From NCBI GenBank assembly GCA_964016885.1, contig OZ024757.1, positions 26,350,001 through 26,414,000 on the forward strand: a stretch of DNA of 64,000 bases, given 5' to 3'. Below are positions 1 through 11,984 of this stretch, in pieces; positions within the stretch are counted from its first letter, which is position 1, and the number at the start of each line of letters is the position of its first letter. Origin of the DNA: Eledone cirrhosa (lineage: Eukaryota). The position numbers were made by a program, and so were the translations under genes. The notes under the pieces were generated by a model. The model saw only the letters and a program-made list of their open reading frames with translations. It was not told where the DNA came from and searched no databases.

Positions 1-329
1 CATGTCTACTTGCACCCCCCCTACATGTGCACTGCATGTGCTACATGTGTACCATATTGATGACTACATTTTCTAGCTTCCAGACACACACCACCATTCA
101 TTCAAATATATGTGTATATATATATATATATATGTGTGTGTGTATATATATATGTATGTATTTATGTATATATAAAAAAGATTTGGGATCCCGACGGTTG
201 AGCTCCAGCTGTTATGGCAGCTACATCCGAACTCGAGTTCAGATTTAGCTGTCGAGTACTCTGGTGGGTTTTGGTCTAGCTGGTTTTTACCACACCATAT
301 CTGATATATATATATATATATATATATAT

Positions 330-665
330 CTAGGGCGGGTAAAATTCCCGAGATCCATGGACAAGTTCTCTCCAGCGGTCTGTCCCTCATTATCGCTGCC
401 ATGTCCTGCATCTCCAACAGACCAGTGTCTGTCCTTAGGGCATCAACATACGTTAACCTTGGTCTTCCTCTTCTAGTGTGTCCATGCAGGGGCCCCCACA
501 GGAGCACTGAGTGCAGTGTCAACTCTGGATGTCAGTGAGCATGTCCAGCTAACCTCAGTCTCATCTGTGTCACTTTTGAGCTGACTTTTGGGAGCAAAGA
601 TTGGGAATACGGAAGATGATGTGGTTGAGAGGAAGAGCAAAGCCTGGGCGGCGTGCCACAGTTTC
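330..665 (-). mobile_element. RTE-clade LINE 3' fragment (family A) with 5' inversion
   Basis: The minus strand encodes PKVSSKVTQMRLRLAGHAH...LLW.PLHGHTRRGRPRLTYVDAL (RTE ORF C-terminus). Plus strand 588-665 encodes the upstream RT segment LGAKIGNTEDDVVERKSKAWAACHS. Flanked by (TA)n. Confidence 0.85.
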
Positions 666-939
666 ATATATATATATATATTTATGTATATATATATATA
701 TATATATATGCTATTATATACAATAGTATTATATAAAGTGGTAATATATACACTGGTAATATATACAATGGTGTGGTGTTATGAATGTTAATATCTACAA
801 AGACATCAAGAATATTGATCTATTCATCACCTATCATTGAGTTCATAGAAAGATGTATTGTTTGACTGTATGTCTATGTATGTGTCTGTTAGTTTTTTTT
901 TTTTGTAGCTCTTTGTTCAGCCATGATTTATGGGACCTA

Positions 940-1045
940 TGATTAACTGTGTAGTAGCTGAGAATCTTACCTCACAACCACATTGTCTTCAGGTTTAATT
1001 CTGCAGCCTTACACATTCAGTAAGTGTTTTCTACCCTAGTCTTGA
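940..1045 (+). mobile_element. Degenerate tRNA-derived SINE
   Basis: Decayed A/B-box-like head followed by a GCAAGTGTCTTCTACTATAGCC-like motif that is also seen, inverted, at 11040-11160. Confidence 0.45.
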
Positions 1046-2073
1046 GTTTTAGGAAAATATATTTTCAAGATAATAAAATAATGCTTACAGAATAAATACA
1101 CAAACACATATAATATATACACATATAAACTCAAAAAGAGAGATAAAAAGAAAAAAAACATTAAAAAAAGAAGAAAAAAGTGCGGCAATCGGCCACACAT
1201 CACATCTTAAGGGTTAATTAAACACTTTGAGGCAAGCCAACACACTCGCAGCATTACCATGGGTGATGGAGAGGCTAAGGCGCTGCAACAACCAGGCAAC
1301 TTAATGGGGTTCACCTGACACTTCAGTAATGTGAGACGCCAGCAATGACAAGTACCTTGAGTTAGCTGAATGCAACCTCTAACCCTTTAGCTACCAGTCC
1401 GCCTGAAACTTCCCAGTTTCTACAATATTAGTCTGTTTATTTTAAAGTGTATATCGTCAGCAGCATTTTACATCTATTTTCTATGAGACCAGTCGTGTCA
1501 GATAACTGCATTTTGCTCATACATTCCATTTTGGTACGGTTTCAATGACCTGATGCCCTTCTTAATGCCAACCACTTCCAGGAATTGAACCCACTTCATT
1601 TTCTTGTGGCACCACCACTAGCACCTGACAGGGTGGAATGGGTGCATTTTATATGGTGCAAATTTATCTCAAATCCTTCCATCATAATTCTATGTAAGAA
1701 TATTTGTTAAGTTATGTTCCAAACATTCCAAACACCAACATATGAGAAAGTTAGTGTAGTTATTTAACTAAGTCCCTCCAAATTCTTGACTATTTTCAAA
1801 ATTATTTGAAAATCATACAGTGGCTTTCATTAGAAATATAGTAATGAAGGTGTTAAAATAAAGATGAATGGAGAGACTGTTATAACAAGTCTTTACTTGA
1901 TTTACAAATATTCAAATATTCTCACTTATTTATATTATTAATAAATATATTCTATCAATTATTTAGAGAAAAGTGTAATGATTTAAAACATGCAGAGGCA
2001 AGTAACTTCATAGAATCTATACAGACATTAACAATGTGTGTGTGTTTGAATATGTGTATTATATATATATCAT

Positions 2074-2116
<43 letters not shown>

Positions 2117-2199
2117 TGCGACAGCTCATACCTATGCAGGTTTAGCTGGCCTCCTCCAAGGTATATCTCGTTGGAGGTGTCGTGGGTGATTTAATGATA

Positions 2200-2340
2200 G
2201 GGGCCCCAGTCCTATCATCTCATTTCTACAGCTGAGTCAACTGGAGCGACGTGATATAAAATATCTTGCTCAAGGAAACAACACATCACCTAGTCCGAGA
2301 ATTGAACTCACATTGAAACCACTAAGCCATGCACCTTCAC
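2200..2340 (-). mobile_element. tRNA-derived SINE (CORE/V-like central domain)
   Basis: Reverse complement reads GTGAAGGTGCATGGCTTAGTGGTT...GAGTTCAATTC...CCTTGAGCAAGA...GCTCCAGTTGACTCAGCTG. Related copies at 22236-22350 and 56502-56615. Confidence 0.7.
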
Positions 2341-2357
2341 TATATATATATATATAT

Positions 2358-2755
2358 GTTGACTTTTGGGATGCTCCCATACAGCTCTGAGTTTTTCATC
2401 CTCAGTGTATACTGATTAATGTTCAGAGCCATCCTGAGCATTCCATCCACCATCTGAGTGAGTTTCTTGGTCAGTGTCCAAGTCTCAGACCCATACAGCA
2501 GCACAGACTCCACTACAGAGGAGACTGAGGTTAGCTGGACATGCTCACCGACATCCAGAGTTGACATTGCACTCAGTACTCCTTTGGGAGCCCCTACATG
2601 GACACACTAGAAGAGGAAGACCAAGGTTAACGTATGTTGATGCCCTAAGGACAGACACTGGTCTGTTGGAGATGCAGGGCATGGCAGCGATAATGAGGGA
2701 CAGAGACCGCTGGAGAGAACTCGTCCATGGATCTCGGGAATTTTACCCGCCTTAG
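2358..2755 (+). mobile_element. RTE-clade LINE 3' fragment (family A) with 5' inversion
   Basis: Plus strand 2520-2755 encodes RRLRLAGHAHRHPEL...RRGRPRLTYVD...RDRWRELV. Minus strand 2358-2520 encodes SVVESVLLYGSETWTLTKKL...MLRMALNI...ELYGSIPKV. Inserted in (TA)n. Confidence 0.9.
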
Positions 2756-3055
2756 ATAGATAGATATATATGTCAGTTTGAAAATGCATTGATTCTTTGG
2801 TATTTTTAAAATTCGTATATAACAGCAGCTCTGTGTGAACCCCATTGAGCTTCTGACCATCTGGTAAAGCAGTTTTATACTCCACTTAATAATTGTTTCT
2901 ACTCTTGGCACAAGGCCAGCAAATTACCCAGTACATTACTGGTTCTTTATGTTATCGACATATATATACATACATATATATCTAATGTTATCGACATATA
3001 TATACATACATATATGTATATATCTAATTTTGTATTTTCATATATTCATAACCCC

Positions 3056-3121
3056 TCTATCTGATGAGCGAACTAGACCTATGTTAATCTTGTCTAGGGT
3101 CCTGAAACCTTTGGTAATAGA
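3056..3121 (+). ncRNA. Minimal type-I hammerhead ribozyme motif
   Basis: TCTAT-CTGATGA-stem II (CTAGAC/GTCTAG)-GAAA-CC TTT GG-TA-ATAGA. Stem I TCTAT/ATAGA; cleavage triplet GUA. Confidence 0.7.
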
Positions 3122-3220
3122 ATAGTTATATATGGTGTTGTTCACTTTCTAATTAAATAGCTCTGTTCTATAATACATAGAGCACTCTTTTTTAATTTGC
3201 CTTTTCTTCGGAAATACTTA

Positions 3221-3281
<61 letters not shown>

Positions 3282-3291
3282 TGTGTGTGTA

Positions 3292-3468
<177 letters not shown>

Positions 3469-3820
3469 GTGTAATATATATATAATATAAAGATGTACAT
3501 TTTCAGAACAGATGTTATATAGTTACATAATTACCATCAATATGACAGTAGATTGATATTTGCTCAATGAAACAATTGTAAGACAATAGATTAATTACTA
3601 CCTTCTTTTGTTTTACTTATTCTTTCATCATTTAACAATATCATCATCATCATCATCGCCGTTTAATGTCCTCTTTCCACGCTAGCATGGCTTAGACGGG
3701 TTGTTTCATTTGAGGGAGGTTGGGTCAGGTGACCGTGCCCTGTTCATACAGAACTGTATATATATATATTGCATTTGCCGTCGAAATGGCATAAGCTCAC
3801 CCGCCAGAGACTAACTCTTA

Positions 3821-4299
3821 CATCATCATCATCGTTTAACATCTATCTTCCACGGCAGCGTGGGTTAGACGGGAATTGTCCCACTTGAGGCAAGATTGGT
3901 CGGGTGACCGTGTCTTGCTCGTATAGGAAGTATCTGGCAGGTTTTCTACGGTTGGATGCCCTTCCTAACACCAACCACATTTACAGTGTGGACTGGGACC
4001 CCTTTTACTGTGTTACCTACACAACCACATTACAGTGTGGACTGGGACCCCTTTTACTGTGTTACCTACACAACCACATTACAGTGTGGACTGGGACCCC
4101 TTTTACTGTGTTACCTACACAACCACATTACAGTGTGGACTGAGTGTTTTTGTTTTGTTGTGACATTCACACGACCTCATTTATTTAGGACTGGATGTTG
4201 TGGTACCAACATAACTTTACAGAGAAAAGGTGGTGTTGGTGGGAGTGGAGGGATGGAGTAGGGGTAGGGTTGGGGTGTATATTTGGTTAAGAGGTGCCT
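3821..4299 (-). mobile_element. RTE LINE family B 3' UTR with (GAT)n tail and internal 49-bp tandem repeat
   Basis: CATCATCATCGTTTAAC...CGGTTGGATGCCCTTCCTAACACCAACCAC matches the 3' UTR attached to the RTE ORFs at 25103-25797 and 37280-38092. The 49-bp unit starts at 3981, 4030, 4079 and 4128. Confidence 0.85.
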
Positions 4300-4303
4300 A
4301 TAT

Positions 4304-4390
4304 ATACCTGAAGATATGTAGACTGGCAGACAAATACCCAATGTATATTGAGGTATGGCCTGCTGGTATACATTGAAACATTTGTAGAAT
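4304..4390 (+). ncRNA. Degenerate hammerhead ribozyme motif (long stem II)
   Basis: CTGAAGA, imperfect stem II ATGTAGACTGGCAG.../...CTGCTGGTATACAT, then GAAACATTTGTA. Stem I is imperfect. Confidence 0.5.
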
Positions 4391-4584
4391 GGAATTATGT
4401 TGTAAATGTAATTTGGTTATTCTCTCTCAATTTATTGAGAAAGTTCTCCAGGAAAGTTAACCAGGAATGTTTAAAAATATCCCCATGAAGTTAACAAAGA
4501 ACTTACTAGATCTACAAAACTAAATTGTAAAATTATAATATTAGAAAGTAAAGTCATTTGTTTGCTTTTTTTAAATATATATAT

Positions 4585-4631
4585 ATTCCTGATGATTTCT
4601 AAAGAATGAAACAGTTCTAGTCCTGTAGAAT
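4585..4631 (+). ncRNA. Type-I hammerhead ribozyme motif
   Basis: ATTC-CTGATGA-TTTCTAAAGAAT-GAAA-CAG TTCTAGTC CTG-TA-GAAT. All three stems pair; cleavage triplet GUA. Confidence 0.75.
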
Positions 4632-4664
4632 CTCATCTATATATAGATATATATATATGAACAA

Positions 4665-4867
4665 AGAAAGTGTGGTAAGATACCAGGTGGACCATAATGA
4701 ACCAGAGTACTCGATACTTAGGGTAGTAGAGTGGGTAATAGAAAAAGAGTCAGGACCCCGACGGCTGAGCTCCGGCTGTTTTAACAGCTAGATCCGAACG
4801 AATCAGTTTGGATCTAGCTGTCACAACGGCCGGAGCTCAGCCGTCGGGGTCCTGATTCTTTTCCTAT
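4665..4867. mobile_element. Foldback/palindromic repeat element (probable Penelope pLTR-derived family)
   Basis: About 125-bp hairpin at 4740-4865 (GAAAAAGAGTCAGGACCCCGACGGCTGAGCTCCGG.../...CCGGAGCTCAGCCGTCGGGGTCCTGATTCTTTTCC). Related pieces at 176-298, 38285-38545, 39105-39220 and 41607-41775. Confidence 0.6.
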
Positions 4868-4889
4868 ATATATATTACATATATCATTC

Positions 4890-5013
4890 ATTGTTTTACG
4901 ATCGTTTTGGAGGGTTGATCATATCGATATTATTGACTGATCTATAGCAGTTAGAGAACTGTATACTATCAGACATAATATATGGATTCGATCATACCGT
5001 CTTCGGAAACAAT
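4890..5013 (-). ncRNA. Degenerate hammerhead ribozyme motif (long stem II)
   Basis: Minus strand ATTGTTT-CCGAAGA-long stem II-AAAA-CGATCG-TA-AAACAAT. Perfect 7-bp stem I and palindromic stem III, but two core substitutions. Confidence 0.55.
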
Positions 5014-5299
5014 CACTGGATCTCACTGAATTACATGCTAATGGATTACATTGAGTTCTAACTACAGTATAGACCCTACTGTGAAAGGTAGACCACATTG
5101 AAAGTTTATATATATATATTATATAACAGCAGATATCACTGTATACATAGCTATGTCAGAGTGAAAATTTAAACTCTACTTTCAAGCTGAGCCAGCTTAT
5201 ACAGCTCCATATGCAAATGAGGCTAATCAGCCCATCTACACAGGCGAAAAATTTATATATTTTCGCCTGTTACAAATCCCAGTAGAGATCAGGGAAGCA

Positions 5300-5340
5300 C
5301 TGTCCTGATGATGGCCAGATCCAGAAATGCATATTGACAG
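5300..5340 (+). ncRNA. Minimal type-I hammerhead ribozyme motif
   Basis: CTGTC-CTGATGA-TGGCCAGATCCA-GAAA-TGCATA-TT-GACAG. Stem I CTGTC/GACAG; palindromic ATGCAT in stem III. Confidence 0.75.
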
Positions 5341-6187
5341 TTGTCTCAGCTGCTTCTGCTGGAATCCACTAGATAGCGCTAGCTGTCAGCTTTTCAATAT
5401 TCATAGCTAGAAGGCTTTCCAAATATTTATTCGTAAACATACCATATATCATTAGATATACGAAATTCTTATATATATGAAGATGATGATGATGGATGGG
5501 GACAACCATCATTCTGTCCAGGATCACTCTCACCACTCTTTCTCCCTTGCATCACCCTGTTAAATCCCGCTACACCTGTCCTAGCTCCCTAATATCTGTT
5601 CTTGATGATGGATATTTTAAAACAAAGTTCTGCATCATACATAAACATAAGGGGGGGGGGGGGTTCTTACATTAAATTATGTTGGAATGTTTTAAATTGA
5701 ATAAAAACATTTTAACAGAAAGTTTTGTACCATACATAGAAGACAATTTCAGATTAATATTTAGTTTCTGCTCCTTTAAGTCTTCCATATTTCTGAGCTG
5801 TTTTTATGTATTGTCTTTCCTGGTCTTTCATTTTTACATTACATTCTACTCCTTCAAGGTTTCCATACTCTATTCCTTAGGAAAACAAATGATTCATTCC
5901 AATATTCTTACACAAAGGGATTCACACAGAATGGTTGGCTGTGGCTGTGGGTGGTGATGGTGGTGGTGGAGGAGACTATGGTGGTGGTGGAGGTAGTATA
6001 AAAAGAGGGAGAGAGAGAGAGAGAAGTGGTGATGTTTGTGTGTGAGGGTGTTTAAGATGGTTAATGTTTGTGTGTTTTGGTGATGGTGTAGGAGGGGGGG
6101 GGGGAGTAGGCGGTGTTTAACTATCTGGGTTTATGGTGTACGCATGTATGCGCATATGTATGCATGTTTGTGTGTGCAAGTGGTTGA

Positions 6188-6246
<59 letters not shown>

Positions 6247-6576
6247 TGAGTGAGTGTCAGAGAGAGAATGTAGATGTGGTATGTGTGCATATAGTTGTAT
6301 ATGCATGTGTGTGTTTGTGTATTCGAGTGTGTGTGTGTGTGTGTGTGTGTGTAAGTATGTGTGTGTTTGTATGTTAGTGCGTTTTTATATGTGTGCACAC
6401 ACATGTATGCATATGTGTGTAAGTTTGTAGGACAGAAAGTGGTGTATGTATGAATGGGTATGTGTGTGAATTTTTTTTTTTATGTTTGAGAAAGAGAAAG
6501 AAAATAGAGAAAGAGGTAAAGAAAAGAGCAAAAAAATATGAAAAGTGTAAGATATATATATATATATATATACATG

Positions 6577-6645
<69 letters not shown>

Positions 6646-6776
6646 ATATACATGTATATATATATATATATAATCATACATGTATATACACACATGCACA
6701 TATAATATATAATAGGTATAAATTGAAGTTGTAGCCTCAGTATATATATATTATATATATACATATATATATATAT

Positions 6777-6824
<48 letters not shown>

Positions 6825-6885
6825 ATACATAAAAAGATGTACATATGTATGTATTATATAAGTATATATGTATGTATCTAGTTCC

Positions 6886-6950
<65 letters not shown>

Positions 6951-7140
6951 ATAGCTAGCACACAAAATCAAACAAAAGAAACAAATAAGTCAGCTTGAGG
7001 TAAGTTATATTGATATAAGAGGATGACAGAGAGGTGTGAAAGGGGAAGAGAGAGAGAGAGTGAGAGAGAGAGAGAGAGAGCGTGTGTGTAAGGAGAGACT
7101 GAGACAGAAGACACAGAGGAGGTGGTGGTGTAAGAAGGGT

Positions 7141-7186
<46 letters not shown>

Positions 7187-7768
7187 AAGGAGAGACAGAG
7201 AGAAAACACAGAGAGGGGGGTCTTAAAGAAAGGGTTAAAGGAAGAGAGAGAGAGAGAGAGTGTAAAGTGAGACAGAGAGAGTGTTAGGAAAGAGAGAGAG
7301 TGTAAGGAGAGACAGAGAAAACACAGAGAGGGGGGTGTTAAAGAAAGGGTTAAAGGAAGAGAGAGAGAGAGAGAGTGTAAGGTGAGACAGAGAGCGTGTT
7401 AGGAAAGAGAGAGTGTAAGGAGAGACAGAGAGACACATAGAGAGGGTGGTGGTGGTGGTGTAAGAAGGGTTAGAGAGAGAGGGAGGGGGTGAGGGTGCTG
7501 GTGGTTGGAAGGGAGTGAGGCAGGAAGGGGAGTGAGAAGACTGTCCAATTTACTTTCAGTAGAACCAAGAAGAATTTAAGAGTAAACAAAGCTACTTCAA
7601 ATAAATGGAATATAGGACTGGTCACTGGTGGTGGTGGTGGCAGTGGTGGTTGTAGTGGTGGTGGTGGTGGTGGTGGTGGCTGTGGTGGGGGTGAGAGTTG
7701 AAAGTGGGGGGGGGGAGGGGAAGGAGGCTAGATATACACAGACACAAACACATACTCACACACTTTGC

Positions 7769-7845
<77 letters not shown>

Positions 7846-7928
7846 TTCACTCACACACATCTATATGTATGTATATATGTATTTATATATCTATATATGT
7901 ATGAATATACATGCATACATATATATAT

Positions 7929-7982
<54 letters not shown>

Positions 7983-8644
7983 TTTATATGTTTATAGTAT
8001 TTAGATAAAAACTCACGCACACATAAATAGATAGCTGTATACATAAATACCTACATATATGCATAACCGTATAAGTATTCATATACACAATTTGTATTTA
8101 TGCACTCAAAAACCCACATACACTTGCACACACGCACATACACACACTTATAAGCACATACACATACAAACACCTATAAACACATATACATACACACACT
8201 TATAAACACACGCACATACATATAGACATTATAAACACACGTATACACACCCAAATCATACAAATTACAAATTTATTCACACATATATGCACATAAATAA
8301 ACACCTATTCATATGAATTCATCATTTGTATACACCCTCAAATGTATGTGTATATATGTGTATGTAAATATATATCATCATCATCATCATCATTATTATT
8401 GCTGTTTATGTGAGATTTTCCATGCTTGTATGGGTTGGGCATGTCTTTTTCTGCACAGCATCCTTCCACTCATCGCGGTCCTTTGTCAACTCAGCTTTGA
8501 GCTTCAGTGATTGGAGATCATCTCTCACAACCTGGTTAACTTGGGTTGGAGAACCTCCAACCCAAGTTAACCAAGAATCTCTAAAATTCTTCCCACCAAA
8601 GTTAACAAAGAACTTACTGAATCTACCAACTCATAATATTATAA

Positions 8645-8835
8645 TCGGTGGATTGGTAGTATTGGTAGAGGGTCGGACGCCATGCTTTGATGCATAGAGT
8701 TACGGCCCTTGCCATTCTGAGTTCAATAATTCCCGCTGAGGTTAAACTTTGCCTTTCATCCTTACGGGTTCGATAAAATAAAGTACCAGTAATGCACTGG
8801 TAATTGCTGGCCTTGTGCCCAAAGTAGAAACAATG
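8645..8835 (+). mobile_element. tRNA-derived SINE (Meta-domain-like), main family
   Basis: A box TGGTAGTATTGG, B box GAGTTCAA, central CTTTGCCTTTCATCCTTACGGG.TCGATAAAATAAAGTACCAG, tail GCTGGCCTTGTGCCCAAAGTAGAAACA. Confidence 0.85.
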
Positions 8836-9003
8836 TTATAATATTATATTATAACATTAAATCAAACATTTTTTAACACTACAAGTGAAGTCATTCTTTT
8901 CCTTTTTCAAATATACCTAACAAGGATCTCACACATTTTCCAATATATATATATATATATACAATATATTAATAAATGGAAACTATATTTATAAAACCTT
9001 AAT

Positions 9004-9069
9004 TATTTTATTATATATATTTCAAGGGCAACCAAGCCAAATTTTGGTGCGCTTTCATCAGATAAAATA
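9004..9069 (-). ncRNA. Minimal type-I hammerhead ribozyme motif
   Basis: Minus strand TATTTTAT-CTGATGA-stem II (AAG..ACCAA/TTGGT..CTT)-GAAA-TATATA-TA-ATAAAATA. Perfect 8-bp stem I. Confidence 0.8.
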
Positions 9070-9187
9070 CAAATTTGTTTTATAAATATTGACATACCCG
9101 CATAAAGACCAACAAATTTTTAAGCTTGTTGGATCCCAACAAATTAAATATAACCTCTACATATATATATATATATGTATATATATA

Positions 9188-9462
9188 TTGTAAAGTGGTT
9201 GTGTAGGTGACACGACAAAAAGCACCTAGTCCACACTGTAGAGTGGTTGTGTAGGAGGCACGGTAAAAAGGCACCTAGTCCACACTGTAAATGTGGTTCG
9301 TGTTAGGAAGGGGATCCAGCCATAGAAAACCTGCCAGAAACAGTTCTGTACGAGCAAGACATGGTCACCCAACCAATCTTGCCTCAGGTGGGACAAGCCC
9401 GTTCAACCTATGCTCGCGTGTAAAATGGACGTTAAATGATGATGATGATGATGATGATGATG
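9188..9462 (+). mobile_element. RTE LINE family B 3' UTR fragment
   Basis: GTTAGGAAGGGGATCCAGCCATAGAAAACC...GGACGTTAAATGATGATGAT tail. Confidence 0.8.
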
Positions 9463-9896
9463 AAGCAAGTATTGCACCAATAAAAATATGGACTTCAGCG
9501 AGAAAGGAAAGTAGGAATTTATTGAAAGGTTTACACAAATTAGCAAAACACTGAGACAGTCTTGTTAAAAGTTACTCTAATTCTTAAACTAGAATAACTG
9601 AAAATGATAACTTGTGCAAGCAAGGAAAAGCGGACGTAAAATGATGATGATGTGTATGTGTGTATATATATATATATGTATGTATGTGTGTGTGTGTATA
9701 TGTATGAATGTGTGTGTGTATATATATATGTATGTATGTGTGTCTGTGTGTGTATATATATATATGTATGTATGTGTGTGTATGTATATATATATATATA
9801 TGTATGTATGTGTGTATATATATATATGTATGTGTGTGTGTGTGTATATATATATATGTATGTGTGTGTGTGTGTATATATATATATATGTGTGTG

Positions 9897-9927
<31 letters not shown>

Positions 9928-10354
9928 TAAAACTGAAACCGAAAAGATTGTGGCATCAACTGGAAGTTTCCACAGAAACAGTGATATTGACAGGCTATTG
10001 CTAATAAGAAAACAAAAACAAAAAAAAGGGGGGGGGGGTAGTGGGGCTTAAGATGAGAACTGATGACCTTTGAATGTACAGTAACTCTCAGACAGCATCT
10101 GCTCTGCTAAACAATAGCATCAAAAATATATACATTAGCCAAGTGTTCAAGAGTAAAAAGAACAACTTCCAATGGGTCAGTAGTGAACTCTTTAAGAAGT
10201 AGTCACTTCCTCATGACCTTTATCTCATAACATTCTGCAATGATTTACTAGAAAATATCTAAAAATGATTTAATTTAAATGTTTATAATAAGTATCTTTA
10301 CTACTGGACAGATCTTTGTGAAAATTTGCTGTATCAGTGTAAAGACTTCAATTC

Positions 10355-10572
10355 TTAACCTTTTAGCATTTAAACCGGCTACATCCTGCCATAATTCTCT
10401 CACTTCTTACTGCTCAAACCTGTTGTTACCGGCTCCTCATACTGATGTTAAGGTATATTTCTCAAAATAAATGATATCAAAATCTCATAGGTTTGATATT
10501 ATGTGAAATAATTATGCCTTTACCATGAAAATATAATATTATATATAGAGTAATGTAAATTTAAAGGGTTAA
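10355..10572. mobile_element. piggyBac-type MITE
   Basis: TTAA|CCTTTTAGCATTTA ... TAAATTTAAAGGG|TTAA: terminal inverted repeats with TTAA target duplication. Confidence 0.8.
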
Positions 10573-10648
10573 ATGTTTATAATAAGTATCTTTACTACTG
10601 GACAGATCTTTGTGAAAATTTACTGTATCAGAATAAAGACTTCAATTT

Positions 10649-10982
10649 TTAACCCTTTAGCATTTAATCCTTCTGTATCTGGCCATAATTCCCTCACCTC
10701 TTTCTGCTCAAACTGGCTGTAACTCATACTGATCATCATCATCATCGTTTAAGGTCCATCTTCGACAATAGCATGGGTTGGACGGTTTAGTCCCACTTGA
10801 GGCAAAATTGGTCGGGAGACCTTGTCTCACTCGTACAGAACTGATGTTAAGATATATTTCTCAAAATAAATAATATCAAAATCTCATAGATTTGATATTA
10901 TGTGAAATAATTCTGTAAGGTAAAGCCTTTACCATGAAAATATAATAGTAAATATAGAGTAATGTAAATGCTAAAGGGTTAA
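10649..10982. mobile_element. piggyBac-type MITE with nested RTE tail (ACTGAT duplication)
   Basis: TTAA|CCCTTTAGCATTTA ... TAAATGCTAAAGGG|TTAA. An RTE 3' end at about 10733-10840 is flanked by ACTGAT on both sides. Confidence 0.8.
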
Positions 10983-11039
10983 TAATCCAAATACTTTTAA
11001 TAAATCCCTCCAAATTCTTCATTGATCAATTCAAATTTT

Positions 11040-11160
11040 CTCACAAGGCATTAATCAGCCCAAGGCTATAGTAGAAGACACTTTCCTAAGGTGCCATACA
11101 GTGGGGCTGAAATGTGAACTGACATGCTTCAGAAGTGGACTTATAAGCTACACAGCTATG
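11040..11160 (-). mobile_element. tRNA-derived SINE (second family)
   Basis: Reverse complement contains TTCAGCCCCACTGTATGGCACCTTAGGAAAGTGTCTTCTACTATAGCCTTGGGCTGATTAATGCCTTGTGAG. Confidence 0.7.
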
Positions 11161-11610
11161 CCAGCAACTACACACTGCCTCAGGAAATTCTGTCCAACCC
11201 ATGCCGACATGAAGAACTGACTGCTTCAGAGGTGGACTTGTGAGCTACACAGCTATGCTAGCAACTACACACTGCCTCAGGAAATTCTGTCCAACGCATG
11301 CTAGCATGGAGAAACAGACATGCTTCAGAAGTGGTCTTCTAAGCTACACAGCTATGCCCGCAACTACACACTGCCTCAGGAAATTCTGTCCAACCCATGC
11401 TAGCATGGAGAAACAGACATGCTTCAGAAGTGGTCTTCTAAGCTACACAGCTATGCCCGCAACTACACACTGCCTCAGGAAATTCTGTCCAACGCATGCT
11501 AGCATGGAGAAACAGACATGCTTCAGAAGTGGTCTTCTAAGCTACACAGCTATGCCCGCAACTACACACTGCCTCAGGAAATTCTGTCCAACCCATGCTA
11601 ACATGGATAT
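11120..11610. repeat. 99-bp tandem repeat, about 5 copies
   Basis: 33-aa periodicity in ORF 11240..11620. The unit fuses a reversed SINE head with the RTE tail motif CCAACCCATGCTAGCATGGA. Confidence 0.9.
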
Positions 11611-11685
11611 GCTGCTGTAAAAGTAATGACAAAGGCAACAAAGACAAAAAAACTGCAATGTTTGATTTGGTAAAGTGTGATTTAC

Positions 11686-11852
11686 CTTAGTACTTGACAT
11701 GTTTGAGCAGGTAGAAGTTTGATAATATTTTCTGCCAGATCTCTGGCACATTCTTCAGAACTGATGCTAGATTTTACAGTAATCAATCCAAAAGGACCGT
11801 AACAATCGACAACATTTGATGTAGGTAATCTTTTGCCCCAGGTGCCATGAAT
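11686..11852 (-). CDS. Candidate internal coding exon of an unidentified host gene
   Basis: Acceptor ttttgtgtttttcag|ATT and donor AAG|gtaaat. 167 nt with only one open frame: IHGTWGKRLPTSNVVDCYGPFGLITVKSSISSEECARDLAENIIKLLPAQTCQVL. Confidence 0.55.
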
Positions 11853-11984
11853 CTGAAAAACACAAAATATATTTCATTTTATATTTCCATCAATAGTAAG
11901 TTGACATTTAAAACTTTCGATACAAAACTGCATGGAACATGAAAACATGAAACATGAAACTATCCCTGGTTCTATGATACTGAG

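Noticed and set aside
3560-3590. GAAACAATTGTA half-hammerhead (similar at 41478-41530 and 59075-59100)
   Set aside because: No recognisable CUGANGA core or closing stem I, so not counted.
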